Assembly (NCBI GenBank): GCA_024679065.1
Contig: JAGIQG010000040.1
Location: 10,044,001 to 10,108,000, forward strand
Direction: 5' to 3'
From: Sphyrna mokarran
Taxonomy: Eukaryota
DNA length: 64,000 nt
Position 1 is the first letter of the stretch; each line of letters starts with the position of its first letter. The position numbers and the translations under genes are program-made. The notes under the pieces were generated by a model, which was given only the letters and a program-made list of their open reading frames with translations, did not search any database and had not been told where the DNA came from. Positions 49,988 through 61,149 of the stretch are shown piece by piece.

Positions 49988-50285
49988 GTAAGAACCATGC
50001 ACTTATTGAGTAACTGGTTTATATGCGACTTTGCTTTATATATTTGTCTATACGAATAATCCATTTGGTAACATAAATATGGGTTTGGTGGATTTTCGAT
50101 TGAGAATTTTTCAATATTTGTTGTGATTCTGCTGCAAAGGGGTTTTCGAATTCCGCTGTTTCTTGACAATAGGTGCCGCTTAGGGATTCAATCTTCAGAT
50201 ATTGTGTTTTTGTGTTTATCTGTTGGGGTTATTGTGTGGCTAGGTTACTTTAAAAGTCCAACGTCTGTTAAACAATTCAGCTTTT

Positions 50286-51480
50286 CTGCAATGTTTAATC
50301 TCGGTGACATCTAGTGGCTGCGCGTTGTATTATCTATACACAAGTGTTCGAAAACTAACCCAATATTTTTTAAAAAGTTCTAAAATTTCTAAATGTATCC
50401 AGTGAAAATGTTCCACTCACACAATGCTGATCTGCCATCCAATATTTTCTGGTTATTGTAAACATTAATTATTTTGGTGATGGTCGAATTGGCTGGAATT
50501 TATATTAAGCATTTCTGTCAATGTTATTTTTGATTCTATTGGAAGTGTTTGTAGAATTGTGCTGCTTCTGCATGAAATGGTGTTCAGTATTTCAGTGATG
50601 CGTTATTTTTCTGGTGAGGAGATTATGTGTATGGGTGACTTTAAATACGTAAACTTGTACATTAATTTGGTGTTTCTGCATTGTTTGAACTCAGTGAGAC
50701 TGAGCCGTTACACGTTTTGTGATTGAACACGAACATTCTGTGGTTTGCAATTGCTTGACGCATAACTGCAGACAGAAATAAAGTAGGCTTTACTGTATGT
50801 GTATTTTTAAAATTTTTAGTGATAACGGCTTACGCCACTCGTTCAGAACATAGTTTGTCACTTCATTCACGATTTGGGGTACCTGCAATGTTTAATCTCG
50901 GTGGCATTTGATGGCTGGAACTCTTACCATCCAAATGTTTAAATATGTTTGAAATAAGACCCAGTAGAAATAAAATGTGATAAAGTTTCAGTTTGTTTAG
51001 TATATTCCACCTCCTCGCAGTATCATTATGATTATTCCAGACTTTTGTTTAGTTTAATAATTGGTTAAAAGCTGGTTTGCTAGATTCAATATTGAGATTT
51101 TTTTGCAATGTTACATTTGATTCTGTTGAATGGATAATTGAGCTGCTTTTCCGTGAAACAGATTCGTTCTCTCATTGATGTGTTTTGTTGTGCTTCTGCT
51201 GAGGAGATTATGTGGTGCAGTCACTGGGAATGTTTAAAATTTGTGAAATGGTTTGGCTTTGTAGCATTATTTCTGTGCTGTTTAAATAGTGTTTTGACGT
51301 TGACCTTGAAAGCTTAGATGTTTTCTGGTTGAACACAATCTTTGAATTTGAATATCCTTGTAGGGTGAAAACAAGCAGGTTTAAAAAAAAACCTAAAAGA
51401 TATCACAGTATTTTTATAAATTTTAACTAACACTCGCAAATTCAAGTAAATCATGACTTAAAGGCTCATTCGGACATTAA
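50286..51480. repeat. Old ~590-bp tandem duplication in the J-C intron (partial extra unit ~52140-52370)
   Basis: CTGCAATGTTTAATCTCGGTG at 50286 and 50883; GAGGAGATTATGTG at 50616 and 51201. Confidence 0.7.
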
Positions 51481-51656
51481 GTCTTTGCTGCAAACACAAA
51501 CTTCTCATGAACAAGTTTTATAGTAAAAATATTATAAATCAAACAATTATTAATCAGTAATATAACTCCAGATTGACCTAAGATTATTTTATGTCAATAA
51601 TGTATCAAAAATTCCGTTTAATAATTTTGTTGTGCTTTTTGCACTATTAACATGAG

Positions 51657-51833
51657 AAGAACAAAGAACAAAGAACAAAACAGCATGGGAAACAAGCCCT
51701 TCAGCCCAATGAGCCAGCGCCGCCACCTCGATGTTCCCATTTCTGCACGCGATCCCTGTCCATGTTTATAGACCTATGGATTAAAAACCAAATTTGAGAC
51801 AATTCAGGGAGAATTTGTTTTGCCAATTAGCCA
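51657..51833 (-). mobile_element. Short 3' piece of the SINE-carrying LINE (second subfamily)
   Basis: Near identical to 55468-55633. Confidence 0.8.
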
Positions 51834-52934
51834 ATTGAAAAAGTTGAAAAAAAATTTTCAAGACTAAAAATATTTTGTGGCAATTCCAGAAGCTATTTCA
51901 ATGATAACATGCTGTTTTCACAGCCGCACTCAGTTGAATAAGATACTTCACATTAATCGTTACATCCCACATTAAGTTTGCATCACTAGAATATGAGTTA
52001 TGCGGAATAAGACATTATTTTTTCGCAATTTTGTATCCGATTATGACATTCTTTATATGCAGTTACAACAAGATTATTCCTTCCAAGCTTTTTTCTTTTA
52101 AATTAGATATTTCTTTTAATTATAATTAATTACTAATTTCATCTCAAAATTTGTGAAATGGTTTGGTGCTTTTCAATTGTTTTTGCATTGTTTCAACTCA
52201 GTGATACTGAGCGTTTCTGGCTAAATGGAAATAAAAGTGCGTTTGAATATTCTTTAGAGTTAAAGCAAAAAGCATTTCAGGGCAAAATAAAATAAATATA
52301 TGTTGGGGCATTTTATTCATGTTAACTGATGCTGACATATTAAAATAAATCACGAATTGCAATTTGCTGTATCTCTGTTAGGGACATTACACTAACTACC
52401 CTGAATTTCTTATATTTTATCTTCATTTTCAGAAAAGAAATAGATTTTTGCCCAGTTTGGGGGATTTGAGACAGAGCGAAAAAGTTAAAAGGCAAAGTCA
52501 GTTTTAAAATTAACATCAGGTTAATTTAATTTTGTTATTGTTGTTGAAATTTGACCTTTGATCAATTAAAATGAAACAGTTTGTCTAAGTTGGCAGAGTG
52601 AACAGAGTTTTTGACAGATGGAATTCGCTGACACTCAAGCAAAATTGCTGGCATGATTGTTTTTGAATTGTAGTAAATTGTCAACAAAAACTGGCTCGAG
52701 ATTGACAAATAAATGCTTAAAATTCAAAAAATATTAACTTATATAAAAATATCATAATATTATAAAAGTAATATTAGCTCTGCACTTAATAATAATATCA
52801 TGTCTCCATTTACTGCTGAACTCACGATAGAATTAGCGAAAGAATAAATGACAGAATATTGGGTCTATCTGAACTCTGTATTAAATTCTTATTAAATATA
52901 ATCATGAAGAAAAGCTCTGGGCTTATATTCTGTG

Positions 52935-54485
52935 ATGTAGGCGTTGGACTGGGATAAACTCAGTGAAGTTTGACAACATCAATTTTAAATCCAACCGATT
53001 TATTTGATAGTAAATTTGCGAGCTTTGGCCTTTGTGGCCTTCGTCAGGCGAATGAGGTGGTCTGGTCTCCAAAAGCACACATATCAGCACAGACAGTTTA
53101 CAGATTGCTGATTAATGCGAATCCTTACCCTTAACCTGCTATTCAAGCCTTAAAGTGGCTAACAGCAGAGGTTAGAGAGATGTGTATTGTCTCCAGAAAG
53201 CACAGTAAGTGAGGTTTTTTTGCTAACCCAGGCAAGTCACGGGGGTTACAGATAGTGTGACATGAAGCCAAGATCCCTGTTAAGACCGTCCTCATGTGTG
53301 CGGAACTTGGCTATCAGTCTCTGCTCAGCGACTCTGTGCTGTCATGTGTCGTGAAGGCCATCTTGAAGAACATTTACCCGAAGGTCGGAGGCCGAATGCC
53401 CGTGACTACTGAAGTGTTCGCCCACAGGAAGGGAACTGTTTTGCCTGGTGATTGTTGAGCGATGTTCATTCATCCGCTGTCGTAGTGTCTGCATGGTCTC
53501 CCCAATGTACCATGCTTCAGGACATTATTTCTTGCAACGTATTAGGTAGACAACGTTGGCCGAGTTGCAAGAGTATGTACCGTGTATCTGGTGAATGGTA
53601 TTCTCACATTTGACGATGTCGTCCATGTCAATGATCCGGCACGTCTTGCAGAGGTTGCTGTGGCAGGGTTGTGTGGTATTGTGGTCCCTGTTCTCCTGAA
53701 GGTTGGGTAGTTTGCTGCGAACAATGATTTGTTTCAGGTTGTGTGATTGTCTGAAAGCAAGAAGTAGGGGGAAGGGTGGGGATGGCCCTAGCGAGATGTT
53801 CATCGTCATCAATGATATGTTGAAGACTCCGGAGAAGATGTCGTAGCTTCTCCGCTCCGGGGAAGTACTGGACAACAAAGGGTACTCTGTCCACTGTGTC
53901 CCGTTGTCTACCTAATACGTTGCAAGAAATAATGTCCCGAAGCATGGTACATTGGGGAGACCATGCAGACACTACGACAGCGGATGAATGAACATCACTC
54001 AACAATCACCAGGCAAAACAGTTCCCTTCCTGTTGGTGAACACTTCAGCAGTCACGGGCATTCGGCCTCCGACCTTCGGGTAATTGTTCTTCAAGGTGGC
54101 CTTCACGACACATGACAGCGCAGATTCTGCTGAGCAGAGACTGACAGCCAAGTTCCACACACATGAGGACGGTCTTAACAGGGATCTTGGCTTCATGTCA
54201 CATTATCTGTAACTCCCATGACTTGCCTGGGTGAGCAAAAAACCTCACTTACTGTGCTGTCTGGAGACAATACACATCTCTCTAACCTCTGCTGTTAGCC
54301 ACTTTAAGACTTGAATAGCAGGTTAGGTGTAAGGATTCACATTCTAATCAGCAATCTGTAAACTGTCTGTGCTGATATGTGTGCTTTTGGAGACCAGAAC
54401 ACCTCATTCGCCTGACAAAGGCCGAAAGCCCGCAGATTTACTATCAAATAAATTGGTTGGATTTAAAATTGGTGTTGTCAAACTT
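52935..54485. mobile_element. Penelope-like element with ~590-bp inverted arms (52966-53555 and 53902-54485)
   Basis: GIY-YIG endonuclease remnant NVVYLIRC..WYIGETMQTLRQRMNEH in both arms; RT-thumb/linker coding in the spacer on the minus strand. Confidence 0.92.
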
Positions 54486-55467
54486 TACGTATATTCTGTA
54501 CCATGTTTTAGTATTAGAGAGGATTTGAGTCAATTATTTTATTTGTGTTTGCGCTGTTTAATTCAGAATTTATTTAATTAAACAATGTGTTCAGTATTTA
54601 AGCTATATGGATGCTCTGAATTATTATATCTGGGAAGCAGAATTACTGATTTCAAAGTGCCAGGCCGTTACAGTCTATACAAACACAGTAGTATGCATTT
54701 TAACACGTTTTACGTTATTAGAAGATGATGTAGTAAAAGTGAAATATGGAAATGTGATTAGATTTAACTAAATGAATGACAGAGGTCCGAATGTTTCCAT
54801 TCAGTAATTTGTAATTTTGTTTAACACTATTTAAGATTTAATAGTAACCTAATTATTTAACAATGTTGGGGGCAGACGCGCGTTTGAATGATTGATTGAA
54901 AACTCTTTTTATTACAGAGTACAAATCAATTAACATTAACTTAAAATATGATATTGGTGCAGATTAATTTAAAACAAAAAAACATGAATATTGTACTGCC
55001 GTGCAAAATGCAATCCGTCATAGAGAGTATTTAATTTTATCAAAATGAATTCAGAAACAAAACATTGCTTTATTCAGCTGTACTTAGTTCAATAAAGTGT
55101 ATTGTCTTGATTATTTTGTTAATTACATTTAATTAAGAAGTTAGATCGAATCAGGCAATGATTTTCAATGTAAATACTTATTGGTTTGTTTACTTCTTAC
55201 AGTGTCACTGCATCTCTGTAAAGACATTGAACTGTTACTGTGTCACTGTATCTCTGTTCGGGATATCGAACTGTCCTGAATCTGTTGTTTTTGATTTCTC
55301 ATTTTCAGCGAAATTACATTTTACATAGTTTTCGAGAAGTGAGATAGATAAATAATTAAAAATGGAAAAGAGTTCTGAAATGAAGATCAGTTTAATTTAA
55401 AGCAGGTCATTGATGTTTTGTTGTTGTAATTTGACCATTATCAATTGGAATCCAACAGTTTGATTGA

Positions 55468-55922
55468 GCAAAGAACAACAACAGCACGGGAAACAGGCCC
55501 TTCGGCCCAACGAGCCAGCTCCGCCACCTCGATGTTCCCACCTCTACCCGCGATCCCTGTCCATGTTTATAGATCTATGGATTAAAAACCAATTTGAGAC
55601 AATTTCGGGAGAATTTGTTTTGCCAATTAGCCTAAGAGCACATCTTTGGGATGTGGGAGGAAACCGGAGCTCCCAGAGAAAACCCACGCCAGCACGGGGA
55701 GAATGCGCAAACTCCCGCAGACACAGGCCCAAATCCATGTATCTGCACAGCACAGCGATAGCCACTGAGCTGTCGTGTTGCCCATCAGATGGTCCAGGTC
55801 AAGCATACACTAACGACGTGAAGCACTAGGATACTCTCGAAAAAGATCCAAGAGCAGTCCTCTCACGACCCATCGCGTGTATGCCCCTCGTTAGACAACA
55901 ACGTGGACCAAAGCACCTGTAG
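55468..55922 (-). mobile_element. 3' UTR copy of the SINE-carrying LINE (second subfamily)
   Basis: Colinear with 46410-46830 except for a different segment next to the tail. Confidence 0.85.
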
Positions 55923-57059
55923 GATAAAAACAATTACATCAATATCATCATCTATTTACACACTTCCCAGGGACTCCCAAGGCCCATGATCCCTGATTAA
56001 CAGATGGAACAGCTCAACCAACTTGGCTGATGCACCCTTTGTGTCTATTCTGTTTCTGTGCTCACTGTGTTGGGACTAGGAATTTGTCTGGCTGGTTGCA
56101 AATTTTCTGGTTCCTTCTGCATTTCAAGAAGTGAGATATATTTATTCAATACACCTGTATTTGTGAGAAATGTGATAGTTTGATTTGATATTTGACTCGG
56201 CGTCTCAGAAATGGGATCCCTAAAGCGTTTTGTGACTATCAGAGAGAGCAAAACATCAGGCTGTAGAGGGAGAATTGGGTCATCTTTATGCAGTGATGTA
56301 CCAGCTTTGAGAATATTCAATGAGCAAATGCAAGGTGAGATGTATTATATTGCCCTCCGTATTGCAGCAGTCCTTGATATGTTTAGTATTGTAGTTGAAG
56401 GGTCAAATTTATCTTATTTTTAATCTTTAGAAGACATTTTAGAGCCATTTGCTCGGTTGGAATTTGTAATATTTTCTAATTGTTCCTTCACAAAGTGTTG
56501 ATATGAAACATCCTTGAATCACTGCAGTCCATATGCTGCAGGCATCCGCCTTGCTGTTAGGCAGGAAGTTCCAGGATTTTGACCCAGCGACTATGAATGA
56601 ACTTAGATATTGTTTCAAGTCAGGATAGTGTGTGTTTTGGAGGGAGCTTGCACGTGATAGCGTTCATATGTGGTTGCTGCCTTTGCCCTGTGGCAATGTA
56701 AATGGAGCGGGTTTGGGCAGTATTTCTATGGAGTCTTGGTAAATTGCTGCAGTGCATGTTGCATATAATACACACTGCTGATACTGCTTGTGAGTGATGG
56801 AAGGAGTGAATCGGGTGAATGAGGAGGCAGGTAATCTTGTGGATGGCTTTGCCCTGGATTGTGTCAAATTTCGTGAGATTTTACAGGTTTCACTCATTGA
56901 GGAAAAAGGAAATCATTCAATTGTAACTGACTTATGAAAGATTTAACTGTTTTTCCAACCCTTGGCCCGCAGTCCATATTGTGCGCTCTTGTCACTCCCA
57001 CTTACTGTGTGAGTGAGTATTTGTGGAGTGAGTGTTCTTTTCCAGACTGAATCAGCCAG

Positions 57060-57587
57060 ATAGAAATTTACATAAATCATACACTCTCACACACATAAAT
57101 ACACACATGCATACTCTTATATTCTTTCACACGTGCACACATATATACGTAAACTTACTTTCTCTCATATTCCATATCTCTCACAACATTCTCTTTCTCT
57201 CACAGTCTGTATACACTCTCTCAAATACAATACGTACACACTCTCGCTCTCTTAACCAGTCTTTCATACCTTCGTACACAAAGCACTCACACACACACCC
57301 CCAGACACATTCTCTCTTACGTTGTCTCACATTTATTCACACATACTCTCTCTCAATTCCTCTTGTACATGCATCTCTCTCATTCTCTCTATTTCACACG
57401 TACACATATATTTCTATCTCTCTTCACACACTATCTCGCACTTGTACATTCGTGCTCTTATACTAGCTCGCTCACAAGCACTCTTCACAAACATAGACCC
57501 ATGTGCACACTCGAACAAACACTCTTACACAAAGTCAGTCTCTTACATAACTCCAAACTCGCACATGCATTCTCACTCATTCACTCA

Positions 57588-57632
<45 letters not shown>

Positions 57633-57940
57633 ATATTACTTCTATCACCCACATACAATCCACACATCTTTCTCACTCGCAAGTAATCTCATGCACACTT
57701 TCACACACTCATGAGTATATTATTTTACTTTCCATTAGGCACACTGTCCCCTCTTGCAAACGCAGCCCACAGTCTCTCACATGTGCAAACACAGTCTGTC
57801 ACACATAGGTACCTTCACACATACACACATTCACCATCTCTCTCTATCACACACACAAACACGCACAGACAGACAGACAGATACGCACACGCACACACAC
57901 ACATATACATCTTCTTACACACTTTCCATCTCACATATGT
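57060..57940. repeat. CA/CT-rich low-complexity tract
   Basis: Directly visible; pure (CA)n near 57585-57630. Confidence 0.85.
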
Positions 57941-58829
57941 CAGAATGAATGTACTTGACTTCATAAAATAGAATCATAGGATCCTACAATGCAGACGGAG
58001 GCCATTCAACTTATCGAGTCTGCATTGATAGCAATCCCACCAAAGCCTATTCCCCATAACCACATATGTTTACCCTAACTAGTCCTTCTGACACTAAGGG
58101 GCAATTCAGCATGGCCAATCTACTGAACCTGCACATTTTTGGGCTGTGAAAGGAACCAGGAGCATTTGAATGAGGGTGGGATCGAGAAGCCCGAATAAAA
58201 CTTAAGTAAATAAGTTTCGGTGGGAAAATCGTCTCTGTTTGGTGTCCTATTTAGCACAAAGCAAGATGGTATTGTTTGTTGGAGGTCAAATATCTAAGAT
58301 GAGATATCACTGCAGGAGTTCAGCCGAACCAATAATGTTCTATTGCTTCATCAATGACACATTTCTTCCAACATGAGGTCAGAAGTAGAGATTTCCATGT
58401 GCTACATGGGACAGAAAGACAATAAATAAGAAGGGATCTGGCTGGGACTAAGGCCATCTGGCTCCTCAATACTGGCGTAAACTTGATGTTTGATTCCTGT
58501 GTGACCCTAGTTTTACTGTAAGTTTCCCTTCCAGCTCCCTCAGTCTGTCTATTTGTTCACTGATCCGTGTTTCTTAAAGAAAGGCACCGACATTAAAGCA
58601 GCTGCCCGGTGATCTACACTGATTCCTGACTTTACACAGCCCTGTTACTGAAAGCTGATCAATGTAGAGAATCGGGAAAAGATCGATGGAGAGGAAGAGG
58701 AGGAGGTGGCTCACCGACTCTCTCACCCTCATTCGCACTTACTCCCGCATCCTTAATCTCTCATCCTCACCCAAGGAACTTCACTCACTCACCCTCACTT
58801 AGCCAACTTCCTTTGCTGACAGACGCACA

Positions 58830-59095
58830 TTCACTCACCCTCATTCATTCACCCTCCCTCACTCATCCCCACGCACTCATCCCCGCGCACTCATCCCCAC
58901 GCACTCATCCCCACTCACTCATTCCCACTCACTCATTCCCACTCACTCATCCCCACTCACTCATTCCCACTCACTCATTCCCCCTCACTCATTCCCACTC
59001 ACTCATTCCCACTCACTCATTCCCACTCACTCATCCTCACGCATTCACCATCACGCACTCACCCTCACACTCACCCTCACCCTCACGCACTCAAT
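58830..59095. repeat. 14-bp minisatellite (ACTCATYCCCACKC)n just upstream of Cmu1
   Basis: Directly visible tandem units. Confidence 0.85.
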
Positions 59096-59228
59096 CTCAC
59101 AACCCATATCCCTTCATCCCTTTAACACCAAGAGCTATATCTAATATAGAAACCTATTTGTTACAATATGTTTGACTAAATAAACACAGAAAAGAGTCTA
59201 ACTTGTTCAATTGGCTATTCTTTCCCAG

Positions 59229-59528
59229 TGACACCATCTCCACCCACTCTCTACAGCCTGGTCTCCTCCTGTCAGCAACAAAATTCTGACGGCTCCATCA
59301 CCTATGGATGTTTGGCGATGGATTACTCTCCAGATGTCTCCAAACTGACCTGGAAGAATAATGGGCAGCAGGTCAACTCTGGGTTTAAGATTTACCCGTC
59401 AGTGAGAAACACGAAGGGAACCTACACCCTGAGCAGCCAGTTAACCATCAGCGACTCATCGGGAGAATGCCCCAAAATTGACTGTGAGGTTCAACACAGA
59501 AGCTCAGTCAAGAGCGTTGAAATGCCAT
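59229..59528 (+). CDS. IGHM: IgM Cmu1 exon
   Basis: TPSPPTLYSLVSSC..YGCLAMDYSP..WK..YTLSSQLTI..CEVQH; AG and GTAAGT boundaries in phase 1. Confidence 0.96.
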
Positions 59529-59737
59529 GTAAGTGTTGTGCAGCTTGTGTAAAAAGAAACACGATGGTTAATATGAAGAGCCTTGGGTTCAATTCATTTA
59601 ATTGACGTCCATAATCTGGCTCTCTGGATTAGTCTGGTTAGTGTCTACTGAATGCAAATGAGTAACTAATGTAGACAAACGTTTATTTGATCCACATCTT
59701 CTGCAGGAAATGACTAATATGCTTCCTTTTTCTGAAG

Positions 59738-60052
59738 GTCCTATGCCTGATATTCATCCAACTGTTATCCTCACCGTGAGTTCCAGTGAAGAAATCTCAA
59801 GCGACAAACTTGCAACCATCGTCTGTTCAGTCATCGATTTCCATCCAAAGCCAATGACGGTGAAGTGGCTGAAGAATGGACAACCCATGGATTCAGGAAT
59901 TGTCACCTCTCCCGCCTGTGAAATGAACAGGAACTTCTCGGCCAGCAGTCGGCTGACAGTCTCTGCTGGGGAATGGTTCAGCAAAGCGGTCTATACCTGC
60001 CAGGTCACTCATCAAGGATTCACCCAGAGTCAGAACATCAGTGGATCTGTAG
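59738..60052 (+). CDS. IGHM: IgM Cmu2 exon
   Basis: [44 protein letters not shown]; phase 1 boundaries. Confidence 0.96.
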
Positions 60053-60319
60053 GTAAGAGACTCAAACAGAGGACAAAATATATCATTCCGATGTTAATTG
60101 AAATTAGGAATCTATTACACTTCGTACAACACATAGAACAACTTCTAAGTTATTGCCAAGCAGTTTGCTGCATTAGGACACTGCCTCGTTCAGCATTTCA
60201 TCAGAAACACAATTTCTTGTTATTCCTTCATGAGGTGTGCATTTATTTCCCAAATCCGAGGGCACTTAAGTGTCAAACACGTTGCTCTGAATCTGGAGCC
60301 ACATGCCTGCCAGGCCAGG

Positions 60320-60470
60320 TCTGCCAGACCACAACACTGCATTTGCCTGACAAAGACGAAAGTCGAAAGCTTGCAGATTTACTATCAAATAAATCGGTTG
60401 GATTCAAAAAAGGTGTTGCCAGACTGTTACTGAATTTACCCCAGTCCAACGCCGCCATCTCTACATCAAG
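60320..60470 (+). mobile_element. Penelope terminal fragment in the Cmu2-Cmu3 intron
   Basis: Matches 54410-54485 and the reverse of 52935-53050. Confidence 0.7.
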
Positions 60471-60818
60471 ATTTGAGAGACAGTAGGGATCAGACTGTTT
60501 CACAGTCACAGCATAGGAGTAAAATATTGGAAAGTGCACCCACCCTATTTATAAACCAACGGTCAGTGCTTTTTCCCTGAGTTCAGGGTAGCGTATTTGT
60601 TTGGGAATTCTGCAATGCTAATTCAAGGAAATGGTACCACTGCCACAACATTTAATACAGGGAATAATTCATAGAGCAAGTTGGTTTTCTATTCGCCATG
60701 GAAGGTGAAAGATGATAGTTAGAGACTGATATATTGAAGGCGACTTCGTCTCCTTCAGGCTGAAGACTGTTGTCCTGCGGAAGGGGAACTCGAGTTCATT
60801 TTCATTTTTCATTCACAG

Positions 60819-61127
60819 ATCCTTCCCAGTGCTATGATTCCACAGTGATGATACAGCCACCACCAATAGAGCAGGTCTTACTGGAGGCGACCGTGACTTT
60901 AACCTGCATCATTTCCAATGCTCCTTATGGAGTTAACGTGTCCTGGATCCAAGACAGGAAGTATGTGAAATCAGAGATTGCCGAAATTCCAGGAGCGGAT
61001 CCTGACAGCGTGATGACCAAATTAAACACCTCGACACAAGCCTGGCTGAGCGCGGTTGTGTTTGAGTGCGTGGTGAGCCATCAGGATCTGCCGACTCCTT
61101 TAAAAACATCTACCCACAAGGAAACAG
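60819..61127 (+). CDS. IGHM: IgM Cmu3 exon
   Basis: [43 protein letters not shown]; phase 1 boundaries. Confidence 0.96.
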
Positions 61128-61149
61128 GTGAGCTGAGAGATTGAAACAA

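Noticed and set aside
55197-55276. Two-copy ~38-bp duplication with CAGTGTCACTG resembling RSS heptamers
   Set aside because: No correctly spaced nonamer; ordinary local duplication.
57032-59175. His/Thr-rich ORFs
   Set aside because: Translations of CA-rich simple repeats.
59652-59659. Octamer ATGCAAAT (also 571-578, 42608-42615, ~31704)
   Set aside because: A few matches are expected by chance in 64 kb of AT-rich DNA, and none is in the VH promoter.
59710-60486. 258-aa ORF as an extended Cmu2 protein
   Set aside because: A canonical donor at 60053 ends the exon; the remainder is intron and a Penelope fragment.
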